From: Octopus vulgaris
Lineage: Eukaryota
Direction: 5' to 3'
Assembly (NCBI GenBank): GCA_951406725.2
Contig: OX597823.1
Location: 113,150,001 to 113,214,000 of the forward strand
Length of the DNA: 64,000 nt
Under the pieces are notes generated by a model. It saw nothing but the letters and a program-made list of their open reading frames with translations, searched no databases and had not been told where the DNA came from. The stretch's first letter is position 1. Each line of letters starts with the position of its first letter. A program made the position numbers and the translations under genes. Positions 28,781 to 42,222 of this stretch are shown piece by piece.

Positions 28781-29010
28781 GCAAGTGTGTGTATATGTTT
28801 GTGTGTCTGAGTTTGTCCCCCCAACATCGCTTGACAACCGATACTGATGTGTTTACGTCCCCGTAACTTAGCGGTTTGGCAAAAGAGACCGATAGAATAA
28901 GTACTAGGCTTACAAAGAATAAGTCCTGGGGGGCGATTTGCTCGGCTAATGGCGGTGCTCCAGCATGGCCGCAGTCAAATAACTGAAAGAAGTAAAAGAC
29001 TAAAAGAGTA
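28580..29010 (+). mobile_element. SINE family 2 (tRNA head, ccttgggcaag-type CORE-like block, internal TA/TG microsatellite)
   Basis: tgtgtggtaagcagcttgc..ccttgagcaagtgtcttc..ggcggtgctccagcatggccgcagtc..taaaagagta. Confidence 0.9.
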
Positions 29011-29294
29011 TATGTATGTTTGTGTGTATTTGTGTGCGTGCGTGTGTGTGTATGTGTGTGTATGAGTGTATGTGTAAAATCTGTGAAGATTCATTGATTT
29101 CAAAAGTAATAACGTCAATTTCAGACCACCAAAAACAATCTCATTTCCAAGCGCAGAAGCCCGGTGATAATATATTTCCTAGGTTCCTTGTCAGCTTTCT
29201 CACTTTCCAGTGGTGTGTGCTGTATACTCAATGAAATCAATCTAATACAGGCATAGTACATGGATACGAACGCTCAAGATGTTATTAAATCATT

Positions 29295-29518
29295 TATAAC
29301 TTCATATCGTCAACATATGTTTCGATGGATGCATTCAAAATACATCCGACAGGATGAATAAAGTTCAGCAATGCATCAATATCATCAAATGTCTATTTAA
29401 TGACCATTGTTGTTCATATCCTCCCTGATGAGAGTGAAGCATTGCTGAACTTTATTCATCATGTCGGGTTTATTTTGTATGCATCCATCGAGCCATTTGT
29501 CGATGATATGCAGATATA
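29295..29518. repeat. ~94-bp inverted repeat; each arm is a decayed HHR with long stem II
   Basis: Arms 29295-29388 / 29425-29518. Combined consensus: catatc(g)tc CTGATGA..atgcatccatc GAA ACATATGT C/T gacgatatg. Confidence 0.7.
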
Positions 29519-29521
29519 GAT

Positions 29522-29951
29522 CTTACTCTTTTACTTGTTTCAGTTATTTGACTGTGGCCATGCTGGAGTACCGCCTTTAGTCGAGCAAATCGACCCCGGG
29601 ACTTATTCTTTGTAAGCCTAGTACTTAATCTATCGGTCTCTTTTGCCGAACCGCTAAGTTACGGGGACATAAAGGCACGCGCATCGGTTGTCAAGTGATG
29701 TTGGGGGGACAAACACAGACACACAAACGTGCACACACACACAACACACACACACACACGCACACACACACACATATATATATATACATGACAGGCTGTT
29801 TCAGTTTCCGTCTACCAAATCCATTCACAAGGCTTTGTTGGCCCGATGCTTTAGTAGAAGACACTTGCCCAAGGTGCCACGCAGTGGTATTGAACCCAGA
29901 ACCATGTGGTTGGTAAACAAGCTACTTACCACACAGTCACTCCTGCGCCTA
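29522..29951 (-). mobile_element. SINE family 2
   Basis: Reverse complement of the 28580 copy. Confidence 0.9.
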
Positions 29952-31086
29952 TATAAATGATTTTGTAACACCTTGAGCGTTTGTCTCCCTTTTCAATTTT
30001 CCCTATGTTCTCCGAAATACGTCTTGTTTCTACCACACATGTGTGACCATTGATTCCTTAGGACACTTTTAGCTGCTACCTTGTAATTATTCACCCAGAT
30101 CATTCGTATAGGTTAAACACTGATGAAATGAATGAGATTGGGACCAAGAACAGCTAAAATTAAATTTTACGAACACATTGAGAGACAAGTTCATACTGCG
30201 CTGGTGTAAGAAAATGTCCACGCGCGAATGACTTCCTTTGAAGTAAACCGTTTACAGATTAAGGAGATAAGGATTTCATCTAGTTTATGTTGTATTAAGG
30301 TGATCCTCTATTTTCATAAACGGAGATGTGTCTATGCTAAAGAACGAACTAAATAAGAGATTTTCCGAATTTATATTTTTATGCTTTTAATTTCCATTTA
30401 TTAATTCTAGTTTGTTTATGTTATAATTTGCATCTTTGATTTTTGTTCCCATTAATTTATTGTCGTATTGTTTAATAATTTGCATCTGTTTGAATCTACA
30501 TGTATTTGTTTTTCAAAGGAATGCTAAAAACAGAATGTAGCTATAAAATAATGAGAAGCTATCGGTGATTCAGCAGTGTCCCCAAAACCACTCACTTGAT
30601 GACGTTCAAGCACACACCTATTGCAAGATCACATTTACATATTTATATGCAGAATATGTAAAACACTCCACGACTAACTGCTTATACTAATGCACAGGAA
30701 CAATTGTCGTGATTTGGATTTAAAACTGATCATAAAATCTATTACAACTTTTTTTCTATGAAGTCAGTGTACACTAACAGATTTCAACATGTATATCAAG
30801 TATTCCTGCAACATAATAATATATGGTGGCCGATAACCTTGGAGTAACTTAGAAAATGCATGTTTTAAAGTTATTGCACTCAACACATTAAATAGAATTT
30901 ACATGTTTTAGTGTTTAAAAGAGTTTGATTCTGCTCTATCTGACATAAAGTTCCAATTTTAGGCTTAGGTTTTTGAAAACTGTTATTTAAGCCTGGAAGA
31001 TCTAAGTGCGATCGAGAAGCTTGTGAAACTTCAAGTCCCATGGAGTCGAATCAAAATATTTTAAATACTAGTAATGATAATAAATA

Positions 31087-31495
31087 CCCTGATGCAGTAA
31101 TATGTAGTGGCTTCATGGATTCTTATCTTCACTGATTGCAAGTATTACCGTGTAAATGTTTGTCTTGGTACAAAAAATGAGCTACAACAATTATTCTGCT
31201 CTTCACAGCAGATTTGCTTTTCAGTTGTTTGACCATAACCAGTTGAGAATGTCGCTTAGTAGCTCATAAAATGTGCATATCTGATCACGAGCATTAATAG
31301 TGGGGAAGTATCATAGTCATGTGTTGCGAGGACTTTTGGGAGATGGAAATATGGCTGTTTAGGTCAACATCCTAAATCAAACCTTATTCAAGAGTCTATT
31401 GAGGTATGAGGTTCCCATGCCGTGCACCTATCGTTGAGGTGCATGTTCCTGGTGTATCCTTATCAGAAGGTAGTCATGATGGGTATATTGCGCGT
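31087..31495. mobile_element. ~500-bp (AAT)n-associated interspersed repeat, diverged copy
   Basis: Homologous to the 36257 and 36924 copies (ctgatcacgagc, tcatagccatgtgttg). Confidence 0.8.
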
Positions 31496-31944
31496 AACTT
31501 GTTCATGTGTCATGCAGGTGCTGCGCGATCAAATGACTAAAATGTCGCGAAGTCCTGAATTCGATCCAACTATTTGGTGTGTCCTAGGCCAGTGTCTCTT
31601 TATCGTGAGCGCGGGTCATGCTACACCATAAAAACGAAACTCTTTGATGGAAACAATCTGGTAGCCTATTGTAAGGATTATTTCTCAATTTTAAATGTCC
31701 CATATTGTCAAACAGAGCTACGCTAATGGCATTTACCTGTCTATTAAGTTTAGAATTGACTGGAATACTCGGCCTCTTACACGCTTATTCATTGAGCAGT
31801 AATTTACTCCTGAATGAATTATGCACCCATTACCGAGCCGGGCTAGAGCCGTTTATTTAATCATTATTTTACATACACGCGCGCGCATGCATGCAACCAC
31901 AGTGTCTCTTTCTCTCTCTCACTCTCTCTCTCTCTCTCACTCAT

Positions 31945-31976
<32 letters not shown>

Positions 31977-33824
31977 GAACTCACACAGGAGGCAGAGTTA
32001 ATTCTCTAGACTTTTTGAAACATTTAAAGTGAAGTTTTGAAACTTCCTCTCTATCTTCATATTCGTTTTGTTGACAAGTTATCTAATGGAACCTCAACAC
32101 TGTTCCTCAAACTGCTAGACATAGCAGCCAAATAGTGGTTGAATCAAAGCTCACCTTCTTACAAAGGGTTACAATTGAGAATGTTGCATCTAGTTGTCTG
32201 CATATAGGACAAAGTCGAGATGGCCACTGAGTGAAATACTTTAATTTTATTTCTGCATGACGGAGTGGATGTGGAAATCAACAAAAACTTCTGTAACAAC
32301 AAACACACGAATCCGAAGAACATGGATGAGGTTTGAGAAGGAGAGGTATATTTGATTAAAGCCATAGCTATAATACATTCTGGATTTGGAAAGATTAAAG
32401 ACAAAGCTGCCGGAAATATGATTCGAAATTTAAGCATACACTGGCCAAATAAATATCATGTATAATTTTTTTTTTAACTTTTTTTTTATGTTAGATTACT
32501 TCCTGTTTTTATTCGAATATTAAAAATAAATAAATAAAATTTGATAGTAAGAATAAGAAACAGTCAGAAGCAAGGAAAAGTCAATAAAATTAGCTGGCAT
32601 TTTATTTTAATTTGGGTGCAATAGAACATGTTCTTACAACATATCGAAGTGATGTGGACTGTATATCAAATATTAAATTAAATTGATTATACGTATATTA
32701 AGTCTCTTTCGATTATTAATTAAAAAAAATATTTCTGAATCTCAGACAACGATGCATAATTATTAATTTCACGCTACATCCACATCTGTTGCAATTAAAC
32801 GCATCTCAGTACTAGGCTTGTTATCTGTAGCTTCATCATTGTTGGAGTGATTGCTTATTATAGCTTATTAGAGTGTTTCGTTGTCCATTCGGTGTGGAGA
32901 AGTAAATCCAGTTTGTCCGTATTTGCATCGTCATGGTCGTACTATTGAAGATGTTTGTAACAGTTGACTGGCAGGACACTTCCATTATATATCTACTGGC
33001 ATTCAGTGACAGTAATCATCTTCATTGAATGGAGTAGATTATGCACGGGTGTTATCAAATCGATCTAGTCCTTCGGAGGATCCGGAGCGCGTAAAAGGTT
33101 CATGCAGGTAAATAGTTTATGATATTCATTCCATATATTAGTAAATTGTATTAGCTGTTCAAATACCTATCAGAAACAAGCTACTGTTAATATATCTACA
33201 TTACCGACCTTTAAATACACTCCAAGTTGTTGCTATTGTTCCGTTTTCTTGCTTCCGCCAACTTCTATGAATGGCAAAATTGATTGATTGGTTATTCTAG
33301 ATTTCTTGTTAATCTCCTTTTTGTATTAATATATCGTATAATCCAAAGGAATTCTGCTCAGTTGACATTATGAAACGTGTTGATACTCTGACCTCCCAAA
33401 TCATCCACTTTGCGTAGATGAGGAATATATTGGAAATTTGTGCTTCGATGAATTAACATCCAATAATACATTCCTCAAGAAATCAAAAGCATATACGTAA
33501 TGGAAAAGACGGAGATTTTAACTATGAAATTAACAAAATCGCTCAATGTGAAGAATATTCCATTACATATATTCTGACTTACATCAGTGTCATAATTTCT
33601 CAAACTCTTCTCTAAATTTTATTAGAATTCAAACAAAACTATTTGAAAGTTTATCCAAGCCATAGCAGTAACTGAGTCATACCACGAACATATATTTTGT
33701 TTCGCCTCTAAATATATCAACATATTGTACTTAGTAAGGTTAATGTATACTGTACAACAATATCCATTCTCACTTCAGTGGTTTTCCTCAAGCTTAACGA
33801 TGTGGCCATTCCACATTCAAATTA

Positions 33825-34021
33825 TACTATTTTACTTGTTTCAGTCATTTGACTGCGGCCATGCTGGAGCACCACACCGCCTTTAATCGAGCAACTCGAC
33901 CCAATGACTTATTCTTTGTAAGCCCAGTACTTATTCTATCGGTTACTTATGCCGAACCGCTAAGTTACAGGGACATAAACAATGCTAGGGGGACAAACAC
34001 AGACACACAAACATACACGCA

Positions 34022-34095
<74 letters not shown>

Positions 34096-34257
34096 TACGA
34101 CGGGCTTCTTTCTGTTTCCGTCTACCAAATCCACTCACAAGGCTTTGGTCGGCCCGAGGCTATAGTAGAAGACACTTGCCCAAGGTGCCACGCAGTGGGA
34201 CTGAACCTGGAACCATGTGGTTGGTAAACAAGCTACTTACCACACAGCCACTCCTGC
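33825..34257 (-). mobile_element. SINE family 2
   Basis: Same consensus, with internal (CA)n(TA)n. Confidence 0.9.
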
Positions 34258-36057
34258 AACTTTCTCTATTTAACATCTGTTTCTATAACCGTTCTATATT
34301 TACATGGTATATCATTTTTTAGATATACACGGTAATATTGTTTTCAAACCATAAACTGTAATATCCTGTATCAGATAAGCAGAGTAAGAAATTGCAAATC
34401 GAAATAGAATGGTAACACAGAGACTAAACGTCTGGATAAATTTGCTAACTCAGTATTATTTTTTTTTAATGCAATGATTTGTAACCTTATCTGATTTCTT
34501 GCTTCTGTTTCAAAACCGTCTAAATATTGATTAGTTGCTACGCTGGAAAGACTTTTGCTACTGCGTGTTGAATAACAAGAATAACAATTCTAAAACTATC
34601 TAATGTAAGTCTAGCTGCAAATATATTTTCATATTACAGTTGCATCTAATTGATAGAGTGTAAACCTCCATAAAAAGGACACCACACGTTGGTTTTGATT
34701 TTAGACATCTTGAGATAATAAGGTTTGGAAAAATAGTTTAATGGGAGCAGGTACGGTTCGAAGAACCGTATTGTTGGCAGGTTCACTTCGTAACTATAGT
34801 GTTTCTGTTTTGGTGTTAAGATGCAATAGCCTTAGTCAACTATATTCAGTCGTAAGGTCGGAACTACCACTAATTTTAACAGTGAAATATCGTTAACGGA
34901 AACTGTGTGGAAACCTTTCGTTCTCGTTGTTCCTGTTGTCTGTTGGTGAACTTACACCATCAATCTCAACGATGAGGATTGAATTATTCAACCGATTGAA
35001 TTAGTAAACTTGAAATTCATGAACACGCAGCTGAGTGTTTCACTAATATATGCATGCTTAGTATGGCAAGATAACGAGATTTGATTTACATATACAGGAA
35101 CACGTATTAGGGTGGAATCGTTTTCTTTAATTAACTGTTATCCTATTTATCACCGTTCACATAATGAAAGACAGAATTAACTGTTCTGGGATTTGGAATG
35201 AGAGTGCATGGTCCAATACTACAATTCATTTTATCCGATACTCTAACCACTCAACTGATTTACTGTCATGCTCAAGTGACATACTTGATCCATTGTTTAG
35301 TTTAACAGCATCACATCGACCTGTAAAAAGACCGGCGCAGTCTTTCGTCAATGAATGAATTGTCCACCTAGGTTCTAAATATGGTCATCGACTTTTCTGT
35401 TCTGATTGTGACTAAATTAAATTTATATTAATAATTACTTGGAAAAGATAGGAAATAGTAAACCATTAATAGTGACTATTTATTTTACCATTCTTCTTAA
35501 ATCTTAAGACAATGTCTACTTCCTGTAACTCTCGCACCGAAGCTAAGTAGTATTTTAATTCTATAGTTTTATCAATTTAATCATTAATGTAGACGTTTTT
35601 CAAGTTGTTTAAATTTTCTAGCATATATTTTTTTGAACAGCAGCTTCTTTGTTATCAGTTTTCGAACGGTCAGATACTAAATTATGGCATTTCTGATGGA
35701 ACGCGATAATTTTCGATCATTAAACGTAGTGAAGGATAAATATCGCAAGATTTGATTCGACGCACACATTATTTGCTTCCTTTTCAATCTCAAATGCACA
35801 TAAACATGCAAATACACACTATGTCAAGAAAAATAAGCAACAACAGCAACAACAAGAACAATTACGATACTTTCAAATTTTGGCCCAACGCCAGGAGTTC
35901 TGAGGAGAATGGTAAGTCGTCTACATGGACCTAGTGTCTGAGTCGTACTTTATTTTATCAAGCTGAAATGAAGGGTTGTAAGAAATACCGTTAAAGTATT
36001 TTATTAGACGACCAATCCTTACGAAAGGTCACTTTAACCACAAACAATAATAACGAT

Positions 36058-36240
36058 AATCCTTTCTGGCATAGTCACAGTTCCTGAGATTTTGTGGTAG
36101 GATGGGGGTCGATTACATCGAGCGGGATGGATAAAAAGCAGAGCCAACCTCAGTGGATTTGATCTCAGAATAGAAAGACGGGCGAATAACAGCTCAGCAT
36201 TTTGTGCGGTGTAGTAACGAGTCTGCCAGCTCGCCGCCTT
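36058..36240 (-). mobile_element. SINE family 1, diverged
   Basis: Ends ctgccagctcgccgcctt. Confidence 0.8.
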
Positions 36241-36256
36241 GCAGTACCGGGTACAT

Positions 36257-36841
36257 TGCCCTGATGAAGCACCAGGCACTGGCTCTCGTGGCTTCTGATC
36301 TTAACTGACTGGAAGTGTTATCATGCACATTGTTGGTCTTGGTATAAAAGATGGTCTACAGCAAATAATCTGCTCAATACCACAGAGTTACTTGTCATTT
36401 ATTCGACCTTAACTAGTTGAGCATGTCTCTTAGTGGCTGACGATATGTGCATCTCTGATCACGAGCAGAAGTAGTGGGTGAGTGAGTAGTCATGTGTTGA
36501 CAAATTCTTTAGCGTTTGGAAAATTAATCTCTGGAAACATGGGTGTTTGGTCCAACATCCTTATACAACCTTTATTCAAGGACCATTTGAGCGGGATGGG
36601 CCCTACACATGAGGAACATTCTAACTGGGCCCCACCTGCAAGAACAAGCGTTGTTAATCTTGTTTTGAGACCACCATGTCGCGCACATTTGGTTGTGGTG
36701 CATGTGCCTAGTGTTTCCTTATCATAGGGGTAATCACGATGGGTACACTGGGCTTCGCATATTTTACCCCAGTGTCACTTTAATGGCATTCACTGCTCTC
36801 TGACACAATAATAATAATGGTGATGATGATAATGATGATGG

Positions 36842-36927
<86 letters not shown>

Positions 36928-37415
36928 CAGGCAGTGGCTGCCCTGGCTTCTGATCTTAACTGATTGTGTTATCACGTACATTGTTTTGTCTTGGTATAAA
37001 ATATTCCGCTCAATACCACAGATTTGCTTGTCAGTTTCTTAACCTTAACCAACTGAGCATGTCCCTTAGTGGTTGACGATATGCACATATCTGATCACGA
37101 GCAGAAGTAGTGGGGGATCATCATAGCCATGTGTTGAGAGGAAATCACCTTTGGAAACGTAGGTGTTTTGTTCATGATCCGTAAACAACCCTTATTCAGG
37201 GATCATTTGTGCGGGGTGGGCTACTCGACCTGAAGAAAATTCGAACTGGGCCCCACATGCAAAGTCATGCACTGTTTATCTTGATATAAGATCACTATGT
37301 CGCGCACATGTGGCTATGGTGCATGTGTCTGGTGTACCCTTATGAGACTCGTAGTCATGATGTGTTTCGTATATTTTACCCCAGTGTCATTTTGATAGCA
37401 TGCATCGCTCTCTCA
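36257..37415. mobile_element. Two head-to-tail copies (36257-36807, 36924-37415) of the (AAT)n-associated repeat, separated by (GAT)n(AAT)n
   Basis: Colinear homology from ggcagtggct..ggcttctgatcttaactga to ttttaccccagtgtca..gctctct. Confidence 0.85.
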
Positions 37416-38595
37416 ATAACAACAATAGCAATAATAATAATGCAGTTTTTAAAAATAAAAATGAGTAATGCATTTAAGAGACTCAGTAGAGAAACTATAG
37501 AAAGATATCTATATATATTGGAGGCGAAAAAAATAATTAACGATTAAAATTTGCAGCGAATAATCAGACGACAGTGAAACTATTGATGGCATATAGCATG
37601 CATAGCATTAGAGACAACGTAAGGAGGACTTGGGAGTATTGAAATGGTGAGAAAGGAGAGTGATAGTATGGAAGAAATGAGTGGAAGGGAATTAAGACGA
37701 CAGAGACAACGATTCACACAGGTATACTTAAAGAGGCGGTTTTACAATATTTAAGAGAAATTCGATGCATTTAAGTATTCAGAAAAGTGTTGTGTTGAAA
37801 AAAAAAACAAACAAACATATAATGCGGAAACATTATCCTCGAATAATCAAAACTGACAAGTAAGTGAACTAATTTTATTCTAAAAAAAGTTGATTGGAAA
37901 TAAAAATCATTATCATTGACAATTTTCAATTATTTTTCTCGTAGACAGTTTGGAATATATCAGTGTTTTAAGTTGTTTATTCATACAGGAAAGATTAGAA
38001 AAGGTTATTAAACTATGTCAATTACACGGTTTGTTGGAATGGTTATCAAGTTTTGTTAGAACTATTCGTCTACATTTGATGTCATATCTTGAGTTATTAG
38101 ATTTCAGATAAATGTAGACAAACTGGTGCCACTGGTTTTAAGGTAATGCCAAAAAGAATTAAGCTGGAGTGTTAACTTCGCTTTGGTTCGTTAGTCAGAC
38201 TGACCTAGGTTCTATCTGGCAGGAAAGACAGGGCCAAATATTCGTGAAGCCCTATTCATAGAATTGCCCACAATAAATGGAACGCAAACTAACAATATTA
38301 TATATGTATCTAATTCTTCAGTTTTATTTCAAGATTTCTTGCCAATAGAGAAAGAGCCAGTGTCTAACCAAGATCCAAGCCTCTTGCATTTGAATTTCAA
38401 CAATATCAACAGGGTATTTTTGCATTTATGTATGCGTGCAAATTTGTATTTTTTGTTTTATGTATGTCTTCTCATGGATATACTTGCATATCTACACATG
38501 CTGATATATACTTAAATGACAAACTTCTGAAACGTTTTAATAGATTGTTATACTTCCAGTGGTAGATTGAACCTATAGTCTTCGAATCAGCTTTC

Positions 38596-38680
<85 letters not shown>

Positions 38681-38717
38681 TGTATGCATGTATATATGGA
38701 TTATGCATCACTCGGAA

Positions 38718-38905
38718 CCACCCACCCGTTTGTCTGTGAACCTCAAGACAAGAAAGAATACAACGATCACCCATGTCCAATTTACATTATAGGTTAGTAT
38801 TAGTATATATATGAATGCATACATACGCACAAACACACGCATGCCTCCCCCTCTAGATCTTTGAGTGTATGTATGAATAAGTCTGCTCTCTCTCTCTCTC
38901 TCTCT
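38718..38905 (+). repeat. ~185-bp near-identical direct repeat of 40778-40960
   Basis: ccgtttgtctgtgaacctcaagacaag...gaataagtctgctctc occurs twice with few differences. Confidence 0.9.
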
Positions 38906-39199
38906 GTCTATTCTATGGTAGAATAACTTAAAATTCATTGAAAATATTTTTTTAATTGTTTACAAAACTGAGACGTGTGCCAGGGCAAAGAGCGGCAAAG
39001 AAAGCTGTAGGAGGGATCCGGCTCGCAAGACGTATGCTTTGCACCTCTGGTATAAAATATTGTCAACAGCGCAATTTCAATGAATTTGTATCGTACTGCG
39101 TAATGAAATCCCTTTAAAGTAAAGTTACAACAAATTGAATCATAATTCTGATAAATGTACTTACATGTTTGCCAAATTTAGGTTCAGGTTTATAATAGA

Positions 39200-40853
39200 A
39201 CTAGCAGCTAAGCCTGCTTTTACCCGGTCTGTTTGGATTATGTGGCTGTGATCGTTTTCAGTCAGGCATAATCAATAACAGCGTTTTCAAACCTTATAAT
39301 TTCGGATCCCCTGTTTCGATTGGAGCTTCGAGTTGTATGAAAATTTCCTGATCTTGTCAGAAAACAGCTTCAGGGGTTGTGGAAAAACATGTTTACGTAG
39401 TCTGTTTCTGAGAGCTATTCTATTGGACCTCTGTCTAATCACGTCTTTTAAAGTACACATACATACAATGAAAATGTGAGGTAATGGTAGAAAATGTTTA
39501 CGATAGTTGATTTATGGAAAAGATTATGTTACATTTTTGAAATGCAAATATGTGAATGAAAATTAAGTTCAGACCTTTACATGGTAGCTAGACCTGGTAG
39601 AAAAAGCAGCAAAATCTCCCTCAAAACACTCCATTGTCTTAATCCGACAATTCTGCCTATTATGTAGTTTGAATGAGAAAGTGTAAGTAAAGATGAAGGT
39701 GAAAGAAGAGCGACAGGATAGCGAAAGTCTTGGCTGACTGTCATCTTGTACTTCCCTTGTTGCTAGCGAAATGGTATATGCCGGCTGTGTGAGCAACTGG
39801 TTGTTTTAATGGCGGAACAAACAGGGGAATTCCATTAGAAAAAGTTTTAACCGATTTGCTCGGTAAGTATGGGGGGGGGCTAGGAAAAAACATAAGAGGC
39901 ATTAAAAAGTTGACGTTAAGAATTGCTTTAACAGTTAGAAAATGTTTGACATTTCAATCATCACCAAAAACTGAAGCTGTAAGAATTGTATGTAAGAAGT
40001 AAAGCAGAAATGATTTTTTAACTGTACTGCCAAAGTTCTGCAACTTAATAGAAGAGGAATCCAATTTAAGAAAAGTGAAGATAAAAGTTAAGTGGAGAAG
40101 TATCGAATAAGTCATTCTTATACGCTTATAGAACAATAGACACGCACCTTTTTACAGAACAAAATGTACCTGAGAACAATTGTATTGGACCTCTGCCTAA
40201 ACAGAGAGCAGAAATTGAAAGAAGATATATGAAAAATACGTGTGTGTGTGTGTTTGTGTGCGTGCTTGTGCGTGTGCATGTGAGAGAGAAAGAGGGTGAG
40301 AAAGAGAGATAGACGATAGTTGATTTATGGAAATGATTATGTTAAATTTTTGAAATGCAAATATGTGAATGAAAATTAAGTTCAGAATTTTATATGGTAG
40401 CTAGGCCTGGTAGAAAAAGCAGCAAAATCTCCCTCAAAACACCCTACTATCTTAATCCGACAATTCTGCCTATTATGTAGTTTGAATGAGAAAGTGTATG
40501 TAAAGATGAAGATTATTAACCCCACAAAGAGGTGAAAGAAGGGAGACAACATAGCGAAAGTTTTGGCTAGCTGTCATCTTGTACTTCCTTTGTTGCTAGC
40601 GAAATGGTACATGCCGTTGTGTGAGCAACTGGTTGTTTTAATTGCGGAACAACAGGAGAATTCCATTAGAACAGTTTTAATCGATTTGCTCGGTAACGAT
40701 GGGGGCTAATAATGAAATACAAACCGCATTCCTATTTAAGCATCTGTCCCCACATGCGTGCCATTTTTCACACGAATCCACCCAGCCGTTTGTCTGTGAA
40801 CCTCAAGACAAGAAAGAATACAACGATCACCCATGTCCAATTTACATTATAGG
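39200..40853 (-). mobile_element. Non-autonomous Helitron-like element with internal ~813-bp-period duplication
   Basis: The minus-strand 3' end has a GC-rich imperfect hairpin followed by CTAG-t (39200-39230); 39500-39880 is repeated at 40313-40707; the other end is cagccgtttg..tttacattatag. Confidence 0.55.
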
Positions 40854-40966
40854 TTAGTATTAGTATATATATGCATGAATACATACGCACAAACACACGC
40901 ATGCCTCCCCCTCTAGATCTTTGAGTGTATGTATGAATAAGTCTGCTCTCTCTCTGTCTCTCTCTC

Positions 40967-41006
<40 letters not shown>

Positions 41007-41541
41007 GATAGATAGATAGATAGATATACAAAAATTACTTATATGTGTATGTATGTATATATATACATATATTCATATATATGTGTACGTATGTGTGTGC
41101 TTGTGTGTGTGCGTGTGTGCACGTTTATGTGTGTAGGTGTGTGTGTGTGTGTATGTGAAGGTGTTCGGATCAGTGGTTGGAGCGTCGTGATAGCGAAGTT
41201 GTGAGTTCGATTCTGGGACTGGATTCCGTGTTGGGATCTTGAGCAAGACACTTTTTTGCGTTCGCCGGTGAGGCGACTTTGCGCCCAGATTTGTACGCCG
41301 AAGGGGAGCCTGTTAGGTGCACCTAATGTCATTCGTGACCGACGGAATCGAGGTTATATATATATATATACAGAGGACCCAAAGTGGCAGGTACCGCTAT
41401 GTAAGTGCTATCTTGGTTCGATAATGATACGAGTGAGGAGTCTAATGCAGGTCTTGTATGAGCATGTATGTGTTAAATAAAATGAGATAACAAAGCCAAG
41501 ACTGTGAGGAATTTTCAAGACATTTTTAAAGAGAAAGTTAC

Positions 41542-41578
41542 TCTTATAGTTGTCTCTGGGTTATCCCTTCATCAGAGA
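41542..41578 (-). ncRNA. Decayed hammerhead motif in a Penelope-like terminal sequence
   Basis: tct CTGATGA a ggg ataa ccc a GAGA caactat A aga; GAAA and stem III are mutated. Confidence 0.45.
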
Positions 41579-41772
41579 TGATGTGAGATGGTTAAATAGA
41601 GGGAAATATTAGAGTTCAATATGAGGGATTATTTTGGAAAAGGAAGGAAATAAGGAGTGTAGAGGCAAATAGGTGAATGAAAGTAGAAATGAAACTAAAA
41701 ATATGTTATATGTTATAGTTGCAATTGGATTTAAGACACACACACACACACATGTATATATATATATATATA

Positions 41773-42000
41773 TCTTACTCTTTTTCTCTTTTACTTGTTT
41801 CAGTCATTTGACTGCGGCCATGCTGGAGCACCGACTTTAGTCGAGCAACTCGACCCCGGGATTTATTCTTTGTAAGCCCAGTACCTATTCTTTCGGTCTC
41901 TTTTGCTGAACCGCTAAGTGACGGGGTCGTAAACACACCAGCATCGGTTGTCAAGCAATGCTAGGGGGACAAACACAGACACACAAACACATACACACAC

Positions 42001-42061
<61 letters not shown>

Positions 42062-42222
42062 TACGACAGGCTTCGTTCAGTTTCCGTCTACCAAATCCAC
42101 TCACAAGGCTTTGGTCGGCCCGAAGCTATAGCAGAAGACACTTGCCCAAGATGCCACGCAGTGGAACTGAACCCGGAACCATGTGGTTGGTAAGCAAGCT
42201 ACTTACCACACAGCCACACCTG
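41773..42222 (-). mobile_element. SINE family 2, full length
   Basis: Same consensus as the 28580 and 29522 copies. Confidence 0.9.

Noticed and set aside
36670-36807. HDV-like ribozyme at the end of the (AAT)n-associated repeat
   Set aside because: Candidate P2 and P4 helices were seen, but I could not build P1 or a canonical L3.
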